Assembly (NCBI GenBank): GCA_020891255.1 | Contig: BQFW01000004.1 | Span: 2,356,001-2,420,000 of the forward strand | Direction: 5' to 3' | From: Entomortierella parvispora E1425 | Taxonomy: Eukaryota; Fungi; Mortierellomycota | Length of the DNA: 64,000 bases | Shown: piece after piece, positions 14,954 to 25,700 of the stretch | How positions within the stretch are numbered: position 1 is the first letter of the stretch | How the letters are laid out: each line of letters starts with the position of its first letter | Program-made: the position numbers and the translations under genes | The notes under the pieces: model-generated | What the model was told of the DNA's origin: nothing | What the model saw: only the letters and a program-made list of their open reading frames with translations | Databases searched by the model: none

Positions 14954-15196
14954 GTAAAGCAAGCTTTGTCCTTGTTGAGGTATTCATTGTCATGTTCTCA
15001 AGCGTTTTGCATCCCCTTCCTCCCCTCTCGATTGCCCCTCTTTTTTTCCCCTGGTAACTTGCTTATTAGACTTCAGAGACTCACCCTTTTTTGGTTTTTT
15101 TTGTTGGTCCCTTTCCCAATTCCACTTCGTACCTTATCCTTTCATCTCTTCCCCTTTCCTTCGTCTCTCCTCCCTTCAAACTGACCGTGTTCACAG
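14954..15196 (+). other. Probable 5'-UTR intron of the HSF-type gene
   Basis: Donor AAG/GTAAAG at 14954, branch CTGAC at 15181 and acceptor TTCACAG ending at 15196, 23 nt upstream of ATG 15220. An in-frame TGA at 15202 shows that the ATG is the start. Confidence 0.55.
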
Positions 15197-15219
15197 GGCA
15201 CTGATCGGTCCGGATTCTT

Positions 15220-18200
15220 ATGGAACGTTCTCTTGTCGGCAAAGGCGACACTGAACGCAACCCCCAAATATCAAAATTTGGAACACAACAACAACAACAA
15301 CAGCAGCAGCAGCAACTGCATCGACAAGAAGGAGTCACAACAACAGCAACAGCCATAGTAGCACGGAACTCTTCGGACTCAATTGCGGAATCAATGGTTG
15401 TGTTGACGTCTGAGCGTGAGCGCACCAGTGCTACTGGTGGCGCTGGTGGCGACTCTGACGCCGGTGAGCCTGAAGGTAAACATGCTCGACACCAACAGCA
15501 AGAGCATCGTGGGCGTGACAGTGAAGTCGATGCTCCTGACTACAATAGAGAAGAGCCACGCCGGAGCAGATCTGGGAGACCTTTAAGATCGACTGTCCAA
15601 TACGATGAGAGAAGTAGTCGTAGCAGCAGTGTCGAGAGCAAATCTGGGACAAGGAGACAGCAGCAGCATCAACAACATTACAAATCCTTTGGTGACGATT
15701 CTAAACAAGATACTCAGTCCTCCGAGGCCCAAAATGAGGAGAACCAGAGATCGGATCAAAAGTCCAGGACTGGTTATGGACCTGATGGTACCTCTCCGAG
15801 CGATGAAGAGCAGCAGCAACAACAACAGCAACAACAACACCATCGGCAGCAGCGCCAACACCGTGACCAGCGATACGATGAGGAGGGTGACGGGGATGCT
15901 CGAGATGAGCTTTTGTCAGATGATGAGCAGGATGATGATGGCTTTGGGGAAGGCGGAGACGGTGGGTCCAATGAAGACGGATCCGAATCCATGGACACCA
16001 ACTCTTCCAAGAATGACGACGGAACCGAGCCCTTGGTGGTCTCTATGTACGGGTCCCCAAGCCTTGTCAAAGTCCGAAGCATGTTCATTGACAAGTTGTA
16101 CAAGTAAGTGAATGTACCTTTGCTCAATAATGGATTCGACAATGACTGATGCACTCCCTTTTTATTTACGCCTCCTTTCTATATCTTGTTCTTCATTGCT
16201 GGCTCCTAGGATGGTGGAAGATCAATCGATCCAGCACCTCATTTCATGGGCAAAAGAGGGAGACATGTTTTACGTCTTCAATTGCGTGGAGCTCTCGACC
16301 ACAGTCTTGCCAAAGTTCTTTAAGCACAACAATTGGCAGAGTTTTGTCCGCCAGCTCAACAGTAAGGAAATGGGAACATTCGATGAACGTTGGCATGCAC
16401 GAACACTGACTCCGATCGCTAAATCGCATCTATTTCTTTCTCTCATTTCATTTCATTTCCTCTTCTCTTAGTGTATGGCTTCCACAAGAGTAAGTACACA
16501 CGCCGCATCTCGTTTTTAGAATATTTTTTTTCTGCAGACACTGTCCCCAAGGACCATTGCCAGGCACTGACTGACTCCCTTTTCAATTCTCTGCTTGTAT
16601 TACTTCCGTTTGCCCATCTTTTAGTTTATCGTTACGACAGAGGTAATTGCTTTTTTATTTCCATCAGAAATATTGAATGAGCCATGCATGCATGCAACAC
16701 CGGACAATTTCCGCTCTCTGCCCCTATTAACGCTCTTACTGCTTTTTATCATCTCGAATGGTCCACTTGCTACTTTTTATAGAAGAGTCGACGATGAACC
16801 GGAGAAATCCAGAGACACAGCGCTGGCAGTTTTACCACCCAGACTTCCAGCGGGACAGACCTCATTTGCGGAGTAACATCAAGCGAAAGTCGGCTCGTTC
16901 CATCAACCTTGCGCCGACCTTTTCCCGTGTGGTCTTTGAACGCGACAAGGGCGGTTACTACATCCAGCAAGAGCCCCCAAACAGAGCAGCAGGCGGTGGC
17001 TCCTCTGTTGGTGGTGTGGGTGGACACCCAGGAGGTCATACACCTGGATCAGGTGGTCCTCATCATCAGCAATTGCCCCCTGGTCCACCAGGGGATGCTG
17101 GTCCAAGGATTGCCCCTCGACCTTCGGGCGACTACAGGATGCCCCCTCACCCCTCCGAGTCCGGATATCCTCGAGATGACCCCCGATACCACTCTTCGCG
17201 TCAGCCCGATATGAGACGTGACTATGGCCCTCCTCCACCTTCGCACATGTCGCCCCACCAGCAGCCTCCCTTGCATGGGCACAAGATGGGATCGCATCCT
17301 CCACAGCAACCATACCCACACACGGGTGGTCCTCATCAACGACAACACTCATACGCTGGTCCACCCTCTCAGGCGCGTCATCGCCCCGACCATCCCTATG
17401 GTTACCCTCCCCAGCATCCTTCACGATCTGTGGGACCTCCACCGCAACCACCCCACCCCTCAGAACGACCAATGGACAGCCCATCGGCCTTCGTCAGAGA
17501 GGCCGAGAGACTGGAGGCAGGCCCTCACGGATACCCGGTTGGACACAGTCGCAGCCAAAGTGCACCAGGACTGGACCCGCGCAGAGAAGTGTCGCGAGTC
17601 CCTCACCCCCTCTCTCAGCCTGAGCATTCTCGCCCTTCGCCCCAGAGTACCCCCCAGTCTTATTTCCCAAGGGAACCGTACACTCCCCAGTCTCGTACCT
17701 CCTTCGAAGGGTCAACTGCGAAATCTGTTGGAGAGCCAGCTGGAACACCAGGTGAGGCAGGTGGCCCGGGACCCCACCGTGGCTCTTTGCAAAAGCACCC
17801 TCTTTCCCCCACAGAGCACCCACTACCTCAATCCAGCGGGTCAGATCGTACACCTGCCGCACCAGGACTGCCTCCGTTTTCAGAACAGCCTTGGGCAGGT
17901 GGCCCAGGGAGATCACCGGACGAGTATGGTTCTCGCAGGCACTCGCCCGCTTCTGGAACTCCCCAGCATCTATCAGCTCCGCCACCAGGCCATCCAGCGG
18001 GAGGTCACTCAGCCTCAACGCCGACGCACTATTCTGCGTCTCAGCGTTCCGGTGGGTTGCAGCCACCTCATTCTGTGGATTCCATTCCTACCACGCCTTC
18101 CGGTGGTGCCCCTGGGGGTGCAGACTCTGTGAATAGCAACAACCACGGTGGAGCTCCTATCTCCAGTCCAAACGTGCAGGACCTTGTGCCGAGAACAGCC

Positions 18201-18831
18201 CTCAAGGCCATGGAAGGTCGATTGCATTTCGTGGAAGAGGCCTACATGTCATTGCGACAGTTTGCACAGGAGCTGCAGCAAATCCAGCATCACCAAGACC
18301 AGACGATTGCTTGGATGAGGGACAGGCTTCAGCAGATGGCGGAAATGTCTCCGAGAGGTAAACAACAGAACTTTTTTTTCTTTCTTCTTTTTGCAAGTCG
18401 TTTTCATAGATCTAACCCGTTTTATTTGAACTGGACACATAGATACCATGACCTCGCCTCCACAACAGGCCGGAGTTGTTCCTGCAAAGCGGAAAGTAGA
18501 GTATAGTGCTGAGGATGGTCGTGAATGGGGCGGTCGACGAGCTCTGGAGCATCAACCAGCACCAGGAGAGCGATCGGGTCCTGGAACCCCTGGCTCTGTT
18601 GGATACTCTGCTAATGCTCCTCCTCAGTCTGGATTCCACCCTTCTTTTAACCCGGTTCACCACCATCAACAACAACAGCAGCAGCAGCAGCATGGCCACC
18701 ATCCCCATCACCAGCATCATCCTCAACATGCTCATCCTCACGCACACCAACAGCAATCACGACAACACCCTTCTCCGCTCATGAATGAACCTCCTTCACA
18801 GCATCACCCCAAGGTGCCTCGTCATGACTAA
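15220..18831 (+). CDS. HSF-type DNA-binding transcription factor, about 1011 aa. Exons 15220..16103, 16210..16361, 16472..16489, 16625..16642, 16783..18357, 18443..18831
   Basis: The spliced product gives a complete HSF DNA-binding domain: SMFIDKLYKMVEDQSIQHLISWAKEGDMFYVFNCVELSTTVLPKFFKHNNWQSFVRQLNMYGFHKIYRYDREESTMNRRNPETQRWQFYHPDFQRDRPHLRSNIKRK. All exon phases are consistent. The flanks are Q/acidic and P/H/G-rich low-complexity sequence, with a late coiled coil. Confidence 0.93.
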
Positions 18832-20020
18832 ACACCAGTAAATAGGACTCTTCCCACCTCTACCCTCCTTTCCCTTTCCTCTCTATTTCGTCCCTCCCCC
18901 CCTCCTCCCTCTTAGAGCTCTTTCTTATGACGAGAATCGAGTTGCCTCCTTCGCTTCATAGGCTTTCCCCCCCTTCTTCTTTCCTCCCTCTCCCCTTGTC
19001 ATTAATAGCTTTCTTTTTCTTCTGCTATCTTACATAGATTTCTTAGTCTCTTCTTCGTTCTCTTCTTTTGAATAATAATATCTCATGATGCATGATGAAC
19101 AATGGACTGAATCAGCAGACTATTCTCTTGTATGTTTGCGTTGACTTGCAAGTGTTGGTGCAACCTTGGGCCCAAAATGCAGCGCGTTGAGATTGGTGGC
19201 GCGAGGACGCGTTCCACGTACAACGGCGCACTCTTGTACGTGAAATCAGATTCAGGTCCCTTTCCCGCCTCGACTCTCCGCCTTGATGCACTTCATCCTC
19301 TCCAACGGCATCATCCCTCCCGCTCCGTCTCTGGCTTTGTAGGTATGGAGAGCAAGGGCGTGTCAGCCGTACGGGATAGCGTTTCCTCAGGACCCATACT
19401 ACCTCCAGGCAACTACAGGAACCCACAGGAGGAGCGTGGCATCTCATCTCGACATGAACAAAGGATCACTGGAGTGCCCTTGCATGGGGTTTGAAAGACT
19501 GAAATGATGCAAGAGCTTTTCATCAAAGCATCATCTACGCAATGCGTCGTCATTTTGTCCTTTGTTACTGTCCTTCCTTCAGCATCATACCATGAACACA
19601 TGGAGGAAACAAGCTGACCAGGCTACAGCAGGAACAGGGGCCTTGATCAGCTCGCACATGGATATCCAAAAAAAAAATTGACTTTTTCGACCCACACCTT
19701 CCCGCAAGAGCTCTTTTCTGTGAGATGAGTTGAAAAAAGAGAAAGCGAGGAATGGTTGACTGACTGATCTCGTTCTGCTTGTAGGAATCTATCTCTCGAC
19801 TGCAGATCCCTCTCGGCACCCCAGCAAGGACAACCGACCAAATTCCCCAGAGTTTCATCAGGAAGAAATATACAACCGTACCGCCTCCAGATATCGACTA
19901 CACCCGCCCACCCGTCCTCACCTCCCCCCCATCACTTCACCATTTCGTCCTTTTTCTCTTTCCTTGGGCGGTTGACGCCTGCGATCCCAAAGCAACTGTT
20001 TGGGATCCAACATCAGACCT

Positions 20021-20849
20021 ATGACTCAAAGACTGTGCTCTTCATTCGATGGGAACATCACCGGTATACGATTGACTTTGAAGGTCGAGTTCTCGGTCAC
20101 GTACCTCTGAAGGATCTCAAGGAGGTCTGCAAGGATTTGACAGGCGTCCCCATGGGAGGAATCTCTTTGATGTTGAAAGACACTGGAGCGCTGTTGAAAG
20201 ACGACAATGCACCTCTGTCCTGTTTTGGTGTCAAGGCAGGAGCGGTTGTCATTGTCAAGGGTCACAAACCTACGGTAATAGCTGTGTCTTGTAGCCAGTG
20301 AAGGCTGGAGGAGCTAAAGGCTTGTTTACTAATCACAATGCTTCTCCTTCTTTCTCTCAAATGCACCTCACATCCTCTTGTGTCTCTACATCGACCCGGC
20401 AAACTCGACCTTTAACTGGACTACAACACCATGCGCCAAAAATAAAACAGGAAGAAGAAATCAAATCGCTGACAACACACGGTGATCCCGAAGAATACGC
20501 CTTGATCCTCCGGATCCAGGCCTCGCTTCAAAAGACGGACGACTTCATGCAGGCGCATCTACCCAAATACCAACAGGATGTCGAGAGTTATCTCTCAAGC
20601 AACCCACCAGCATTCTCGTTGGCTCAGGGCATGCCTGGACCTCGGAAGAGATTGTATGAACAACATGGCATCATGTCCGAGAATCTGCTGCAGTCTCTGT
20701 TGGCGCTGGATGGCGTGAGTTGCAAACCGGATTTCGAGGTTGCTAGAGTCAAGAGAAGGGAGGCGGTCAAGGCCACACAGAGGCGGTTGGATGAAATTGA
20801 TGCCATCAATGGACGTGTCAAGGAGAACGACAAGGCCGCTCGATTGTAG
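20021..20849 (+). CDS. Ubiquitin-like domain + BAG domain Hsp70 co-chaperone (BAG1/Bag101-like). Exons ~20021..20274 and 20451..20849; start unresolved
   Basis: Ubl-like segment (LKDLKEVCKDLTGVPMGGISLMLKDTGALLKDDNAPLSCFGVKAGAVVIVKG) is joined in phase 0 (KPT/EEEIK) to a BAG signature (GIMSENLLQSLLALDGVSC...VARVKRREAVKATQRRLDEID). No in-frame ATG precedes the Ubl domain (see findings). Confidence 0.85.
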
Positions 20850-21027
20850 AGATGTAATGAAATGACATGACAATTATTCAAAATTAGGAGCCAATTTATA
20901 AACGAAGAACATTCCTTGTCAAGAGGGAGCGCGTACACGGTCATAATTCATTCAAGCATGTGGATGATGGTCTTCTGTAAAAACTTTTTCTTTTTTTTTT
21001 TTTTTGTGAGCAAAGGATACCGCGTGT

Positions 21028-22082
21028 CTACGCGCCTTCCATCTGTTTAAGAGCCGCAGCTATCTTCTTCCCATCGGCCGGTTCCATGGTGGATGTGACC
21101 GCTGCCGTTGTCCCTGTCGAGTTTTTGACATCTCCACCACTGCCACTGCCTCCAGAGCTAGTAGAGGTAGCGGCGGGGGTTGACACCGTGGAAGCATTGG
21201 GAGAATGTCTTGGTTTCTTGACAGTTACAAACATACCGACGCCTGCATCTTCCAAGCCAGGGATATCCTTGACAAAACTCTGACAGAATTTACACCGAAA
21301 GGCATCCAGGGCAATCTGTTCCTTGCACCAATTGCAGGTCTTTTCTTTGGGTGGTGGGCGGATCTTTTCCTTCCGGATGTTGTGGACAGCTAAGAGGGTT
21401 ATAGGTAGGACGGAAGAGTCACAACGAGTCGAGTAAGCAGGTAGGAAATAGGGTGTGTCGGAGAGAAAGAGATAGGGGGACACGGCTTTGGATCGCCTTT
21501 CGACACTATTTTTTTTTTTCTTGTAACGAGGAAACGGTACCTTTTACAATCCAAAAGAGGAAGAAAGCAATGAACAAAAAGTTGAGACATGCTTTGAAGA
21601 ACTGACCCGTGTTCTCCGTTCTATTATCGATGTATGTGTACGTTGAAAAGTACCCCGTGAGAAAGAAGGGTGGAGTGGGGTGGATGTTGCGAGTTGGGAA
21701 GAGGGGCGGTGCGGGAGAGGATGCAGGGCTCTTTTTGGTCCAAAGCCCTCAAATTTCCAGGGTCTCGATCTCGGTAAAAAAGAAAAAAAATGGGCCAAGG
21801 GTTTGTGAGAGCTCGAAACAAGTTCCAGGAAGAAGAGAAAGTCGGGTAGGGAAATGGAGGGAATCAGGGAATGCCACTGGAATGAGATGATGTGAAAGAA
21901 AGAGATGGCTGAGATGATTAGCCGAGAAGGCTGGGAAAGAAAGAGAACAAGGTCCAGACCCAGATACTTTTTTCTGTTGGCATTTGCTCTTCCAGCTTTC
22001 CTGTTTTTCTTTTCTTTCAGAGCGAGAGAGAGAGAGAAAGAGAAAGAAATCACTCCACTCACCGTGTCAAGTATATAGCCAT
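21028..22082 (-). CDS. MscL-like protein, apparently only TM2 plus a C-terminal CxxC-CxxC zinc ribbon. Exons (22082..22063 tentative), 21620..21541, 21389..21028
   Basis: Exon 21620..21541 encodes TENTGQFFKACLNFLFIAFFLFWIVK, which resembles MscL TM2. It splices in phase (G/GTACCG ... TTAG/CT) to AVHNIRKEKIRPPPKEKTCNWCKEQIALDAFRCKFCQSFV, which resembles the Cys-rich tail of many MscL homologs. The only phase-compatible upstream ATG exon I found is MAIYLTR, with a strong GTGAGT donor at 22062. The 5' end is uncertain. Confidence 0.65.
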
Positions 22083-22754
22083 CGAACTGCTCTGGGCTTG
22101 CCGCGTTTTCCATTTCAGACTTGGGCCCAACAGCCAACAACGCCGGGAAAAACGGCCTTGTGGCAACCCATCAAACGTGCCCAGACAGGGGGCAGGACCA
22201 AAACTCTTTTTTTTTTTGGAGTCGCACAAGAGCACTGCACAATCAACATCAAAGAAAATAAACGCGCCAATCCTCTGGACAGACATAGAGCCATTGACAG
22301 GGGTTTTTATTATTTCCACTGAGTGGGAAGAGTTAGATTGAAAGCAAGAACAAGGCAAGGGACAGATTCGAAAGAAAAGTAAATGATAAAGAGATGGGGC
22401 CTAGGGTTATACTGCTGCTACAAGCAGGCAAATGCGATAAAGAGATTTTTAAGTGACAGATGAGAGAAAGAAAAAAAGTAGAAAAAAGGAAAAGAAAAAA
22501 GAGAGAGAGATAGATGGAGTGGAGCAAAGAGCAAGCAGACAAAGAATTGGATAATCACACTCGAGAAAACAAAGAGAGTATATAAACTACATGGGAGCGT
22601 ATGCAGAGAAAAAAAAGGGAGAGTTACAGCAAAAGATGCAAAGATAGAAAAAGAGCGAGGCAAGATATGTGCAAGAAAAAAACAACTGCAAATACGCAAC
22701 GGCGAAGAATCCGTCTGCCCAGAGGCAAACAAACAGAAAAGTGAACAATCTCAC

Positions 22755-25700
22755 TTAAGGAAAGGCCCAGCGCTGAGAGTCATTGCCAAAGAGGGAGGCC
22801 ATAGGCAAGGTCGAGTCCTGAGGACCACCGACGGCAATAGCACTTGAGCCTGCTCCAGTCCGGCGAGTCTTGGTCACCTCGGGGAGGTGAAGGGATCCAC
22901 CGTTCAGCCCACCAAAGCCGTTGGATCCTTGTCCAATGATGCCTCCAAGACCACTTGAAAAGAATTCAGAGTGATCCAAATCCTCCCCACCATTGTGACC
23001 GTGGAGACTGGCGCTTCCCTGAGACATGAATCCAGAATGACGACTCTGTCCACCGCCGTTCGCCAACAAAGATCGACCGGAACCAGCGTCCTGTCCTACA
23101 GTATAGTAGTCCTGTTGATGCTTTGAGTAGTACGACTGCAATGGCTGCTGCTGGGATGGCAGCTGGACCTGAGATCCACTGCGCAAAGAGCCAGATGAGC
23201 TGCGTCGACTGGGCATGTTCAATGACGAAGCAACGTCAACAGACGAACCCAAAGCCCCGTAGCTGTCGTAACCGTTCCCAAAGAGCGTGGACTGGTGTTG
23301 GCTGGTCTGCTGGGATTGCTGTTGCACTTGGTAGTGTTGATATTGTTGCGGGTGATGAAGCTGCTGCTGATGCGGTTGCTGCTGAAACTGGTTGTGTTGC
23401 TGTTGCTGTTGCTGCTTCAGATGTCCTTGCAGTAAGGACTGGGTATGTTGCATCCGCTTCGCTCTCATCTCGTCGAAGGGGTCATCACTGTCGTCCTCGG
23501 TTGAAACCTCATCCGAGCTAATACTCCCCCCAGTGGAATCAATGCCACCTCCAATGGGTCCCAGTCCCATGGTGTGATGGCTTGCAGCACTGTTTTGACT
23601 GGAATGTCGTTGGCGCTGCTGAGGATAGAGGTATCCAGGGGCCAGTGCAGGATGTGATGGGTATGTTTGACCAGTAAACGATTGTTGCTGATTCTGCTGT
23701 TGACCTTGTTGGTGATGCTGTTGTTGCTGGGACCTCTGCTGCGGCTGGGGAGAAGCGCGGGCACCGCTGTTCAATGCAGGGCCATATCCAGGTCCAAATG
23801 TAGAAACACCATATCCAGGCGCCTTGCGATATCCTCCTTGACCATATTGATTATGGCTGCCAATTGTAGATCCGTTCATCGCTCCAGACAAAGATCCGTT
23901 CGAAAGATTAGCGCCAGGGGATCTGATATCACCGATAGAGCCCAATGGGCGATGCTGAGGCTGAACGGTCCCCCATGGGTCGGATGGAAGGGAGGTGGGT
24001 CGTGAATATTGACTGGCGGTGATAGAGCTAACGCCATTGGGACTCGTCAGACTGGGCACAGAGCCAGGGGCAGAGAGGTTCGGGTGCGATCCATGGAAAG
24101 CAGATCCATATCGTGTCGACTGATCAGACCATCTTGATGAGGAGACAGTTGTGGAATTAGATGGGAACAACGATCTCAACTCTGGAGCCAATAACGATGC
24201 AGTGGCGCGAAGACTTTGCTGACCGACTCCGTTGGTGGAGAATGATCCAGGAGCAGTGTCGAAGAGCGCATACTCAAGAGATGGATTGGTCAGGACATCT
24301 ACAAATATCAAACAATCAAAAAGAGTCAGCTTGGGCTTAATAAAGCGAGAAACGCAGAGGTATGACATAAAAGTCTGCCAAACATTGCTTACCCTCTGGA
24401 GAAGAATTCAATGACATTCCACTAAAGGACAACGCCATGTCAGGGATCGACACAGTGTTGAATGGCTCGACCGGCTCTTCATCGTCATAAACGCGGATTT
24501 TGTTGATGTCCAAGAAGCGGATCAGGAGTTTCTTTGCCTCCTGGATATGGTACTCCTGGTCCCGCTTATATCTGAAAGTAAACACGAAATCCGCCTTCTG
24601 GGCATTGTTCTTGTTGATGGCAGGTGAGGGTGTTGGCGTTGTTGGCAGCTGCTCATTCTTGTCCGAGGCATCTAGGGCAGTATCGGATGCAGTTCGCTCA
24701 AGAGATGACGCGCTTTCTGTCTCGGAAAAGACCTTTGTATTGGGGGCCAGTAGCATGATGTTCCAGTTGCGCTTAATCGCGTCCACGACAGTGGACTGGA
24801 ATTCGCTCGAGTCCAAAACTTGATTCATCGCATCAGAATACGGCACGGGATAGCTGTAGTGCTCTTCCACCATCTTCAAGAGTCCATCGATAGCTTGCTG
24901 GATCAAGGTCTGGGGTCCGGAAATCTGAACCAAGTCGCTTCCGCTTTCTCTGGCAGGGAATCGAATCATGGAGTTTGTTGTTTCCAAGAGTTCGCTGAGC
25001 TCCTGGATATGATCCGACAACAGACCCAGATGCTCTTCCTTTGGAATACAGAGCGAGTGACTCACAAGGTCCTTGTCTCGATCCTCAACGAAGCCCATGA
25101 CCTCCTGTTTGAGGTTGTCCAAATTGATGGCGTTCTTGGATGGTGTTTTAACGACCACGTTGTCCAGATTGTCAAAGTATCCTCCAAGCTTGGCAAACTC
25201 TTCTGCGTTTGAGAATTTGACATAGACTCCGTACTTTTTCATGATGCGTTGAATGTTTTTGCCGCCTACTCCAATGATCCTCTTGTGGTAGCGCTCAGGA
25301 ACGAAAAAGGATATTTCGGCTGGCAACTCTTTCTGCATCAGTGCCAGCGCTTCAATGGTCTTGTCAGCGAAAGCCGATCGCAGCTCCACGTAAAAGTTGC
25401 AGTCGTTGCAAGGCTCAAACTTGATCTTTACGCCAGTTTCCTTCATGATCCTGTTGATCTTTCCGTTTTTCTTTCCAGAGATAAACTCGCGGTGCTCATT
25501 TGGGAGCTCGATGAGGAACTGGTATTCAAACAGAGGACGTCCACTGGAGACATCGAACTTTGCCAGGACCCGTGCCGCCTCCATTGTCTGAAACTCGGTA
25601 CCAAAGATTTGGAAGGCATGGCCACGATATTCAACCTCGGCTCCAGATGCATGAGAGATTGGCGAGCACATGTCATTGAATGTCGATGTATGAGTATGGA

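Noticed and set aside
2801-15184. Dozens of 60-260 aa ORFs in the track across the gene desert
   Set aside because: They are dominated by F/L/S/C or K/R/E runs that come from pyrimidine/purine tracts and microsatellites. Many start at non-ATG codons, and none shows a domain or a coherent splice model.
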